Below, piece by piece: positions 1 through 10,611 of a stretch of 64,000 nt of DNA. The position numbers and the translations under genes are program-made. The DNA comes from Heterodontus francisci (taxonomy: Eukaryota), in assembly GCF_036365525.1 (NCBI RefSeq), contig NC_090399.1:64784862-64848861 (forward strand), written 5' to 3'. The notes beneath the pieces were generated by a model. It saw only the letters and a program-made list of their open reading frames with translations, was not told the origin of the DNA and ran no database searches. The first letter of the stretch is position 1. Each line of letters opens with the position of its first letter.

Positions 1-500
1 TGTAGCCAGGAACATTGAGCTGCTGTTCCAGTCCTTCCTGTAGCCATGTCCCTGTAATAGCTATGATATCATACTGCCACATATCTATCTGTGTCTTCAG
101 CTCATCTGCTTTATTTGCTATACTCCTTGCATTGAAATAGATACCCTTGAGCACTGCCAAACTCTTTTTTTAAATTTTCTAACCTTTGTTTCCTCTGTCT
201 TCCAGACTCATCCATTAATTTTTTGCCTTCCGTTTTCATTTCTGATTTGTCCTAACTGATGTCCTCATGTCCCCATCCCCCTTGCCAAACTAGTTTAAAC
301 CCTCCCCAACAGCACGAGCAAAATGTCCAGCAACAAACTCAATCCCGGCTCTGTTCAGGTGCAATCTATCCAGACTGTACAGGTCCCATCTCCCCCAGAG
401 CCAGTCCCAATGCCCCAGGAATCTAAAGCCCTCCCTCCTGAACCCTCTTTCCAGCCACGCATTCATCTGTCTTATCCGTCTATTTCTATACTCACTTGCG
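1..500 (-). mobile_element. CR1-type LINE fragment (ORF1 C-terminus and start of ORF2 AP-endonuclease)
   Basis: Reverse complement of 1-145 reads GIYFNARSIANKADELKTQIDMWQYDIIAITGTWLQEGLEQQLNVPGY (APE motif I). 290-420 reads like a CR1 ORF1 end (HWDWLWGRWDLYSLDRLHLNRAG...GEGLN*). Confidence 0.85.
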
Positions 501-2033
501 TTCGCTTCAGGCGGCGTTGAAAGTAATTTAACAGGCCCTCTTGAATTAGAGGAAACAAGATGAATTCACAGTGGACTTCACAGGATCCTTCAGAGATATT
601 GGAAAATGAAGCTGGGTTGTGGTCTTCTGTTTTTTTCTTGACTTCTTTTCCAGGCTTGACACATGCAGTGACTGACAACCAAACAGCTTGGCAGTTTTTT
701 TTGCCCACCCAGATGTTCTGTACCTGCTACTGGGCTTGTCCAGTCAAAGGAGTATTGTTAATTTTCTGCCCCTGTTGCCATGGCTTCTACCCTAAGCCTA
801 GCCTGAGCCAGGTGACATACAGTATCACTGTTACCAATCCAGCCCTCGCTGTCCCCTTGATATTAAAACATTTATTTAGCTTAACCATATATTCCTTTTA
901 TAAAAAATAATTTTTATCAAAACAGAGTCACTTTCATAATCTCAACATCCTGGTGGATGCTGGGCCACCAAACCACAGGCCTGATCATTCCCAGGTAGTC
1001 TCGGGATCGGGGTGACCTGCTACTGGACCCCCATGTACTAGACTAATAAACATTAGACGATATCTCTTGGGGACCACCCCCCATCATCTTGAAACAACAT
1101 TCCTTCCCTCAGCTGGATGTCCGGGGCTCCGAAGGGTCCTTCCACTAGGGAATTGTCAAGATTAGCCTGAATGGTTGCCCTCAGAACTACATCCTTCATT
1201 TGTACCTCTTTCAAGTTGGGTGGGAGCTGGATCTTAACAGGTGTACTGGGAGTAATTGCTGTTCCTACACCCGACTGATAGGGGTCCCAAGGTGTTCCTT
1301 CTACGTTCCCCCCACCCTTTTGGCTAATTCATCTGCCTTCTTATTCCCCTTCCACCTAGGCTCGGTTTTAGAATGAGTTTTAGCCTTGTGGACGTAATAC
1401 TGGCCATTCCCCTTTCCTGACCACTTGGAGAATAGCCTTCAGCAAAGGCCGCCGACTAAGGGTTGACCGTCTGCCAATCTGAAGCCCCACAGTTCCAAAT
1501 TGATATTTTCAGTCACAGCATTGCAAGTAACCATTGAGTCAGTGCAGATCATGGAGGAGTTAGGAAATTCCCGAGGGTGGGTAACCACATAGGTGGCAGC
1601 AGCCAGCTCGGCCTGTTGGGCACTGAGGTGGGATAGTAATTTTATAGCCAGCTCAATGCTTCAGAGGGGGTCATGGATCCCACAACCCAAGGACAACGGA
1701 AGTTGTTCTACAAAACGAGACCAGTCCACATAAACGTCTCACCATTCAGGATGTAATCGTGCCCGGAACCTCCCTTCAGTCACCCAGACCCCTCTACGGT
1801 GCAGATATGGGGCACCCATGGATAACTAAGGCTAGCTGCCAGCCGAGGCTCTGGCAGTGCCTTGATCTTTGGTGTGGTGATATGCAACAAACGTGTCCAC
1901 CTAGCCACTTGCGCACTGAGACCGTCCCGTCTTTGATGCGCCCCTCTAGTAATAGTCGGGTAGGGGTGTGATGGGTGGTCAGTGTCACCACCTGGGTACC
2001 TGTATACATGGCAAAATGTTTCACTGTCCAGAA

Positions 2034-2804
2034 GTAACATTCGCACCACACAAGTGCCAGGCAATGACCATCTCCAACAAGAGAGAATCTAACCATCTCA
2101 ACAGCATTACCATCGCTGAAACCCCCACTATCAACATCCTAGGGGTTACCATTGACCAGAAACTGAACTGGAGTAGCCATATAAATACCGTGGCTACAAG
2201 AGCAGGTCAGAGGCTGGGAATCCTGAGGCGAGCAACTCATCTCCTGACTCCCCAAAGCATGTCCACCATCTACAAGGCTCAGGTCAGGAGTGTGATGGAA
2301 TACTCTCCACTTGCCTTGATGGGTGCAGCTCCAACAACACTCAAGAAGCTCGACACCATCCAGGACAAAGCATCCCGCTTGATTGGCATCCCATCTACAA
2401 ACATTCACTCCCTCCACCACCAACGCACAGTGGCAGCAGTGTGTACCATCTACAAGATGCACTGCAGCAATGCACCAAGGCTCCTTAGACAGCACCTTCC
2501 AAACCCGCGACCTCTACCAACTAGAAGGACAAGGGCAGCAAATGCATGGCAACACCACCACTTGCAAGCTCCCCTCCAAGTCACACACCATCCTGACTTG
2601 GAACTATATCGCCGTTCCTTCACTGTCGCTGGGTCAAAATCCTGGAACTCCCTTCCTAACAGCACTGTGGGTGTACCTACCCCAAATGGACTGCAGCGGT
2701 TCAAGAAGGCAGCTCAACACCACCTTCTCAAGGGCAATTAGGGATGGGCAATAAATGCTGGCCTGGCCAGCGACGCCCACATCCCGTGAATGAATAAAAA
2801 AAAA
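2034..2804 (+). mobile_element. 5'-truncated non-LTR retrotransposon (CR1/L2 group) 3' end with poly-A, inserted into the ERV pol
   Basis: ORF 1968-2741 gives an RT C-terminal region (LGVTIDQKLNWSSHI..YKAQVRSVMEY) and the element ends in TGAATGAATA(10). Removing it rejoins the host frame EGHLLAT|FWTVKHF. Confidence 0.9.
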
Positions 2805-3869
2805 GGTGGCCAACAGATGGCCCTCACCACTGAATATCCCTTCTCTACCTCAGTGAGGATCCTCTACGCATACTCTACTGGCCACTGGAGGCCTCCTCGC
2901 ACTGTGGTGTCCACTCCCAGTCCACTCCGCTCTTAAGGAGGGCTAACAGTGGTGCAGACCTCCCACCATAATCCTCAGTGAACTCCCTGCAATACCCAGT
3001 AAGGCCCAAAAATGTTCAGAGGGCTGGCACTGACTCCGAATGGTTAAACACCTCTCTGGTTTCCCATCTCCCCGATCTATGGCCTGTTCCCCTGGTCTGA
3101 TTGTCAAACTGAGAAATTGGACTTCCTTCTGCCCTTTCTGGGCCTTCTTGGGGTTTACATTAAAACCTGCCTCTCTTAACAAGACCAGCAATTCTGCCAG
3201 AAGTTCCTTATGATCCCCTTTAGTCCCAGAGAAGAGGAGCAAGTCATCTAAATATTGGACGAGGTGTCCCGAAGACAAAATCCTTTCAGGGCATCAGCCA
3301 TACACTGGTGGAAGATGGAAGGGCTGTAATGGAAGCCCTGGGGCAAACATGTCCAGGTATATTGCTGACCCTTCATGTGAAAGTGAATTTGCACTGGTCC
3401 TCCTTCCTTACCAGGGTGGACCAAAACCCACTCAATATATCTAAAACAGTAAAAATCTGGGCATTGACTGGGGTAGCAACTATCAAGTCTGCCACAGCAG
3501 CAACCGTGGGGCACAAGCTGGAATGTTCGTATTCAAGACCTGGTAGTTCACTGTCATCCCCCATTACCCATCCGGTTGCTTCACGGACCAAATGGGGAGA
3601 TTGATGTGGGGAGCTATCAGTCGGAGAACTCCCTGTCCCACTTGGGACCTCACTGCTTTCTCAAAGTCATCCTCTGCCTCTTTCGGGAAGCTGTATTGTT
3701 TCTGGGCTCGCATCATAGCTTCCCCAACTACCTGTACCTCAATCCTGGCCAGCCTCCCACATTCATGTTTCTGGGTGGTGAACGAGGCCCTCTGTTCCCC
3801 AATTAAATCTTTATATTGAGAAGGGGTATGCTGTATCAGGGCATCAGTCATACAATATCAATGAGTTTT

Positions 3870-3962
3870 AAAAAAAATTATTCGTTCATGGGATGTGGGC
3901 ATCGCTGACTAGGACAGCATGTATTGCCCATCCCTAATTGCCCTTGAGAAGGTGGTGATGGG
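3870..3962 (-). mobile_element. Short 3' tail of the same LINE/SINE family
   Basis: Reverse complement matches 2715-2795 (caccttctcaagggcaattagggatgggcaata...gcccacatccc). Confidence 0.75.
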
Positions 3963-4816
3963 CCATCGTTTCAGGGTTGTCCCCGGGAGGACCATAAACC
4001 CGTCTTCTCCTACTACCCCTCCCCACAAGCAATCATTCCCGATATCTAACGCCACCATATCTACCAGGTACCTACCCTCCTTCCCCTCCACCCAAATGTC
4101 CACACAGGGTCTCCTTTACTCGTCGTACCTGAGTAGACACATGTACTTGGGCTGGGCGTGGTCCCAATAATCCCAATCCCCTTCAAGGGGATTCTTCACT
4201 GAGCGCACCTTGCCCTCTTGCTGCCTCCTTTCTAGAGTGGCGAGTCACTTATTCATATCCTCCCAGGAAGGTGCTGTGGGCACTTTATCAGGAGCCTCTC
4301 CTGCCTGCTCGATCCTGCCTTGCTGTCAAGGGGTTGCTTACATTCCTGATTAAAGTGAACCTTTACCCCCACAATGGTAACACTAGAGGGCTGACCATTT
4401 TTGCCTCCCTCCTGATGCTAGTATTCCTGGGTGACCATTTTATCTCATGTACTGTCCCTTTTTCTTAGGGATTTCCCCTTTTACTTCGGGATTTCCCCTT
4501 TTTCTTAGAGGTTTCACCTTTCGTTGCCTTTTCCCCCTGTCTCCTTTCAAATCCAAGGGACATTTTCCTGAGAACTCCGGCCTCTTTATTGTCGTTGGTC
4601 ATTGAGTTCCCTACACTTGATCCCTACACTTTAGAGAGTTTCAGTGACTCAGTGGCATCCAAACCCTTAGAGCTCCAGGTCAGAACTCTGGTCACAAAAT
4701 GGACCTGTATTCAGGAGGAGGAGTTTGGAGAAATAGACTGGATGCTCTGCCACCAGGTGGCAGCAGATATGGGGAATAATTGCTTGTGGGGAGAGGTCAA
4801 AGTCCTCAAAGAATGT

Positions 4817-4919
4817 CTGCAGATAGAGTGGAGAGTGGGTGATAACCTGCAGATAGGGTAGAGAGTGGTCTATAATCCAGCAGATAGGGTAGAGAGTGGG
4901 CTATAACCGGCGGATAGAG
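4817..4919. repeat. ~30-31 bp tandem repeat, about 3.5 units
   Basis: ctgcagatag(a/g)gt(g/a)gagagtgg..ataa(c/t) repeated immediately before the 40-bp array. Confidence 0.75.
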
Positions 4920-6610
4920 CTATTGTAAATGAAACTGTTCCTCCAACTCAACACTAGAGTTATTGTAAATGCGATTGTTCAGCCAGTTCAACACTAGAGT
5001 TATTGTAAATGTGGCTGTTCATCCAGTTCAACACGAGAGTTATTGTAAATGAGACTGTTGATCCATTTCAACATTAGAGTTATTGTAAATGAGACTGTTC
5101 ATGCAGCTCAACACTAGAGTTATTGTAAATGCGATTATTCATCCAGTTCAACACTAGAGTTATTGTAAATGAAACTGTTCATCCAGCTCAACACTAGAGT
5201 TATTGTAAATGAGACTGTTCATCCATCTCAACACTAGAGTTATTGTAAATGAAACTGTTCATCCAGTTCAGCACGAGAGTTATTGTAAATGAAACTGTTC
5301 ATCCATCTCAACACTAGAGTTATTGTAAATGAAACTGTTCATCCAGCTCAACACTAGAGTTATTGTAAATGAAACTGTTCATCCAGTTCAGCACGAGAGT
5401 TATTGTAAATGAAACTGTTCATCCATCTCAACACTAGAGTTATTGTAAATGAAACTGTTCATCCAGCTCAACACTAGAGTTATTGTAAATGAGACTGTTC
5501 ATCCATCTCAACACGAGAGTTATTGTAAATGAGACTGTTCATCCAGCTCAACACTAGAGTTATTGTAAATGAGACTGTTCATCCAGCTCAACACTAGAGT
5601 TATTGTAAACGAGACTGTTCATCCAGTTCAACACTAGAGTTATTGTAAATGAAACTGTTCATCCAGTTCAACACAAGAGTTATTGTAAATGAGACTGTTC
5701 ATCCAGTTCAACACTAGAGTTATTGTAAATGAGACTGTACATCCATCTCAACACGAGAGTTATTGTAAATGAGACTGTTCATCCAGCTCAACACTAGAGT
5801 TATTGTAAATGAGACTGTTCATCCAGTTCAACACTAGAGTTATTGCAAATGAAACTGTTCATCCATCTCAACACTAGAGTTATTGTAAATGGCTGTTCAT
5901 CCAGTTCAAGACTAGAGCTATTCTAAATGGGACTGTTCATCCATTTCAACATTAGAGTTATTGTAAATGAGACTGTTCATCCAGTTCAACACTGGAGCTA
6001 TTGCAAACGAGACTGTTCATCAAGTTCAACACGAGAGTTATTGTAAACGAGACTGTTCATCCAGCTCAACACTAGAGTTATTGTAAATGAGACTGTTCAT
6101 CCAGCTCAACACTAGAGTTATTGTAAATGAGACTGTTCATCCAGTTCAACACTAGAGTTATTGTAAATGAGACTGTTCATCCAGTTCAACACTAGAGTTA
6201 TTGTAAATGAGACTGTTCATCCATCTCAACACTAGAGTTATTGTAAATGAGACTGCTCATCCTGCTCAACACTAGAGTTATTGTAAATGAAACTGTTCAT
6301 CCAGCTCAACACTAGAGTTATTCTAAATGAGACTGTTCATCCAGTTCAACACCAGAGTTATTGCAAATGAGACTGTTCATTTAGCTCAACACTAGAGTTA
6401 TTGTAAATCCAAATGTTCATCTAAATTTGCACCAAGATTGTTATAAATGATGTGGTCATCCAGATCAACACAAGGTTATTATAAGTTAGACAGTTTTGTT
6501 TCCCAGCTGAATACCAGTGATACAGTAAATGACACTGTTCGTACATCTCATCACCAGGGTTACTGTCAAATAGGCTGTTCATGCAGTTTAGCACCAGGGA
6601 TCATAGCAAA
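4915..6610. repeat. 40-bp satellite array upstream of GPCR copy 1
   Basis: Unit tagagttattgtaaatgagactgttcatccagctcaacac, about 37 clear units to ~6410, then degenerate units to ~6610. Confidence 0.97.
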
Positions 6611-6699
6611 AGTATTTGCAATTTACTTTTTGAAGAAATTTCAAGAAAATATAAAATTACTTTGTTTTGCATACTCTTTCATGAACATATTATATTCCA

Positions 6700-6901
6700 C
6701 ACAAATCCTTGGAGTAAATGTGGTTCATTAAATCAGTTTGTTCAGTGGAATGTAATTAATATCCCTGCTCACATTCCCTAGATGACTGTCTACATGGAGG
6801 GTCCTCTGTAGTATTAATAAGGACTCCTCTGAATATATCGCGACATTACACGGTCAGGGTCCCGTACCTGGCAGAACAGACATTGGCGTTTCACACAAGA
6901 A
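6700..6901 (+). promoter_or_regulatory. Putative core promoter/5'UTR of GPCR copy 1
   Basis: Non-repetitive block retained in all three copies. TATA-like TATTAATAA at 6812-6820, ~90 nt before the ATG; homeodomain-type TCATTA and TAATTA at 6725 and 6753. Confidence 0.4.
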
Positions 6902-6971
6902 ATGGAATACCCTGTAATTTATCAGTTGGATCTCATTTACTATCCTCTTCTTGCAGCTGTAGGTATTCCAG
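6902..6971 (+). CDS. GPR139/142-like class A GPCR, copy 1, coding exon 1 (MEYPVIYQLDLIYYPLLAAVGIP + 1 nt)
   Basis: gaaATGG Kozak context with an in-frame stop upstream, donor CAG|GTAAGA, phase 1 matching the acceptor at 9581. It supplies the first half of TM1 missing from the ORF. Confidence 0.9.
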
Positions 6972-7634
6972 GTAAGACAGTGAAATGAGACAGTAAAATT
7001 TAAATATCAATTTGTGCCTGTCAATGTTATGTTTTCCCTGTTCTGTGGTATCAGCTCAGTGTGAAATTTTTCTCTTGATTACTTAATGTGATTTTTAATT
7101 GCAAAAATAATGTTTCTTCAATTTTCACCACAACATCAAAACAACAATCCCATTTATTGTTTGCAGTACAAAACCGTCCTCAAAGGTTGCACCAGATCAG
7201 ATCAGAAAGAAATTACTATTTTAATGTCCCAATGTTGTTAAGTGGGTTACACTTGTAACATGGTGATTTTAATAATGATTAATTTTTAACATTATTTCAT
7301 GTACAAATATGTTTTATTTAACTGCAGAGGTTTCACCTGTTGCTTAGACTTGATTCCAGCTAAGATGTTTTTTGCGGTTGTTTTAAGTGGATGGGAACAT
7401 TCAGCAATTTCTGTTCGTGGTGTGCGACCCACCTGCCAGATTTTCCATTCTGCGCTTTGCCCAGGTGACGTTTAACACAAGCGTCATACGAGGAAAAGTT
7501 ACCCCATTAATATCAAGCCAGGAATCCATATCAAACTGTCACTGTTTTTGAAAAGTTCTACTCAATTGTACAAGATGTGTAAAATCAGAAAAGTTCAGGT
7601 GTGCTTGCAACTGCCGTCTGTGTGCAGATTTGTG

Positions 7635-7953
7635 GGCAGCACAGTGGCGCAGTGGTTAGCATTGCAACCTCACAGCTCCAGGGACCCGGGTTCAATTCTG
7701 GGTGCTGCCTGTGCGGAGTTTGTAAGTTCTCCCTGTGACCACGTGGGTTTCCTCTGGGTGCTCCGGTTTCCTCCCACAGCCAAAGATTTGCAGGTGATAG
7801 GTAAAATAGCTGTTGTAATTTGCCCCTGATGTAGGTAGGTGGTAGTGAATATGGGATTACTGTAGGGTTAATATAAATGGGTGGTTGATGGTCAGCACAG
7901 ACTCGGTGGGCCGAGGGGCCTGTTTCAGTGCTGTATCTCTAAATAAAATTAAA
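7635..7953 (+). mobile_element. tRNA-derived V-SINE (HE1-like) in intron
   Basis: A box tggcgcagtgg, B box gggttcaattc, core gggtgctccggtttcctcccac, CR1-type tail gggccga.gggcctgtttcagtgctgtatctc(taaa)n. Confidence 0.9.
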
Positions 7954-8134
7954 GTTAAAATTTCAGGTGTGCTTGCGACTGCCGGCTGGCTGCAGATTTG
8001 TGGTTCATGGAAAGCTCAAGGGGTAGATTTTGACAATAGGTGACGGAGTAAAACAAGAGATACTGAACCCGCATCCGGCTTTCCAGTTCTCCTGACTTAC
8101 AATATTGCAGAAAGTCAAAATCTAACTCCATCTG

Positions 8135-9427
8135 TAAAGACCATAGTCCAAAAGAGCCAGAGAGGCCTCGACAAGTGATATGGAACATATCCCAACAGGA
8201 CAAGAGAGCCCTCTACAAGTTATATGGAACATATCCCAACAGGACAAGAGAGCCCTCTACAGGTTGTACAGACCATAGCCCAACAGGACAAGAGAGCCCT
8301 CTACAGGTTGTACAGACCATAGCCCAACAGGACAAGAGAGCCCTCTACAGGTTGTACAGACCATAGACCAACAGGACAAGAGAGCCCTCTACAGGTTGTA
8401 CAGACCATAGACCAACAGGACAAGAGAGCCCTCTACAAGTGAAATAGAACATATCCCAACAGGACAAGAGAGCCCTCTACAGGTTGTACAGACCATAGCC
8501 CAACAGGACAAGAGAGGCCTCGACAGGTTGTACAGACCATAGCCCAACAGGACAAGAGAGCCCTCTACAAGTTGTACAGACCATAGCCCAACAGGACAAG
8601 AGAGCCCTCTACAGGTTGTACAGACCATAGCCCAACAGGACAAGAGAGGCCTCGACAGGTTGTACAGACCATAGCCCAACAGGACAAGAGAGCCATCTAC
8701 AAGTTGTACAGACCATAGCCCAACAGGACAAGAGAGCCCTCTACAAGTTGTACAGACCATAGCCCAACAGGACAAGAGAGCCCTCTACAAGTTGTACAGA
8801 CCATAGCCCAACAGGACAAGAGAGCCCTCTACAGGTTGTACAGACCATAGCCCAACAGGACAAGAGAGCCCTCTACAAGTTGTACAGACCATAGCCCAAC
8901 AGGACAAGAGAGCCCTCTACAGGTTGTACAGACCATAGCCCAACAGGACAAGAGAGCCATCTACAAGTTGTACAGACCATAGCCCAACAGGACAAGAGAG
9001 CCCTTTACAAGTGAAATAGAACATATCCCAACAGGACAAGAGAGCCCTCTACAAGTTGTACAGACAATAGTCCAACAGGACATGAGAGCCCTCTACAGGT
9101 TGTACAGACCATAGCCCAACAGGACAAGCGAGCCCTCTACAAGTGAAATAGAATATATCCCAACAGGACAAGAGAGCCCTCTAGAGGTTGTGCAGACCAT
9201 AGCCCAACAGGACAAGAGAGCCCTCCACAAGTGAAATAGAACATATCCCAACAGGACAAGAGAGCCCTCTACAGGTTGCACAGACCATAGCCCAACAGGA
9301 CAAGAGAGCCCTCTACAAGTTGTACAGACCATAGCCCAACAGGACAAGAGAGCCCTCTACAAGTGAAATAGATCATATCCCAACAGGACAAGAGAGCCCT
9401 CGACAGGTTGTACAGACCATAGCCCAC
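8135..9427. repeat. 44-bp intronic minisatellite, copy 1 (~29 units)
   Basis: Unit acaggttgtacagaccatagcccaacaggacaagagagccctct, with a variant unit acaagtgaaatagaacatatcccaac. Confidence 0.96.
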
Positions 9428-9581
9428 CAATGAACAATTTAATTTTTAATTAAAATTTATATTTAGTTCAGAACTAGAAAACTGATATGTCAATACTTTC
9501 TTAATCAACTTTAGACAATTCTTCAAATAAAAGATTTTGGGACAGTTTTGAGGTAATTTTTAGGTTTCGTGTTTCTTACAG

Positions 9582-10477
9582 TTAACTTGGTGGCAATTGT
9601 GATCCTGTCCCGAGGGAAGTGCGGTCTCTCCAAATGCATCACTCACTACCTGGTGGCCATGGCAGCGGCCGATCTGACAGTGGTTATCGTCCATGTGATA
9701 TTACAACGGATTAATATCTTGTACTTGCCAATTAATTTCCTATCTCTGACTCCTGTGTGCAAGGTAAACTTTGTTGCATACATTGTAGCTGTAGACTGTT
9801 CTGTCTGGTTTACTGTCACCTTCACTTTTGATCGCTTTGTAGCAATTTGCTGTCAGAAGCTACAATCAAAATATTGCACCAGGAAAATGGCGAGAGTAGT
9901 TATCACTACTGTTTTTGTGGTGAGCTGTCTGAGGACCATCCCCTTTTACTACATGAATGAACCTGCCTTTATTATTGACAATATGCCATGGTTCTGTGCT
10001 TCCACAGCTGATTATTTCACTTCCCCCTTGTGGAAGGCATTTGAGTGGATCGACAGCATCATAACCCCTCTATTACCAATCCTTCTAATTCTGTTGTTCA
10101 ATGCACTAACTGTCAGAAACATTATACTAGCAAATAGAGTGCGCAGAGAACTCCGGAGTAACAGTGAGAATCAGCATGATCCAGAGGTGAAGAATCGGAG
10201 GAAATCCATGATTTTACTTTTTGCTATTTCTTCCAATTTCATCCTTTTGTGGATGTTGTATGTTGTGCATTCATTAATCTGGCCAGTGGCAAATTTCTTT
10301 TACACAGACAAATATTACAGTAACCCAATATATATTGCCCAACAAGTTGGGTTTATGCTGCAGCTTCTCAGTTCCTGCACAAATAGTTGTATCTATGGAC
10401 TGACACAGAGGAAATTCAGAGAGGAGCTGAAGAATGGGGTGATTTTTGTTTTTACACTGAACAGGAAATTATGTTAA
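9582..10477 (+). CDS. GPR139/142-like class A GPCR, copy 1, coding exon 2 (spliced protein 321 aa)
   Basis: Acceptor tttcttacag|TT. Seven hydrophobic segments: TM1 Asn (IPVNL), TM2 LVAMAAADL, TM3 FDRFVAICC, Cys pair PVCK/PWFC, TM7 TNSCIY. No disabling changes. Confidence 0.93.
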
Positions 10478-10611
10478 AAACAAATAACTAGCATTGACCT
10501 GGAACCGAGCAAATAACTTTTCAGGCCATCTGTGGGCAGGTGAAGAGCAAATAGAAGATTGGTTATCTTCAATGAGATTTTATATCATTATGTACAATAG
10601 AATATTAAAAA

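Larger units (their letters stand above)
915..4590 (-). mobile_element. Decayed endogenous retrovirus-like element: gag(CCHC)-protease-RT-tether-RNase H-integrase N-terminus
   Basis: Minus strand shows CYHCGGKG/HFNQEC zinc knuckle with one frameshift (~4340-4385), protease-like IWVEGKEGRYLVD (~4060-4100), RT motifs QKQY, PIWSVKQPDG, FTVLDILSGFW, YTWTCLPQGFHYSPSIF and YLDDLLL (2943-3851), tether PVEYAxRILTEVEKGYS/EGHLLATFWTVKHFAMYTG, RNase H VYVDWS..SAQQAELAA..TDS..GNKKADELA (~1320-1740) and integrase LVHGGPVAGHP (~1010-1045). Many stops and frameshifts. Confidence 0.85.

Noticed and set aside
520-910. ORFs 472-708 and 560-910 as a host gene
   Set aside because: No recognisable domain or splice structure; the region is sandwiched between transposon fragments.
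4915-6410. 40-bp arrays as CRISPR arrays
   Set aside because: Units are contiguous with no unique spacers, there are no cas genes, and the context is vertebrate.
8389-9347. Minus-strand repetitive Cys/Leu-rich ORFs (also 40006-40409 and 49954-50777)
   Set aside because: Translations of the 44-bp minisatellite cycling through three frames; no independent gene signals.
9569-9581. ORF-track starts MFLTV (9569, 31888) and 51161 as true N-termini
   Set aside because: They are GTG/TTG codons in the acceptor region or inside exon 2; the spliced ATG exon explains TM1 better.
9582-10477. Assigning the symbol GPR139
   Set aside because: Only family-level resemblance. The true ortholog is single-copy and highly conserved, whereas these are lineage-expanded paralogs.
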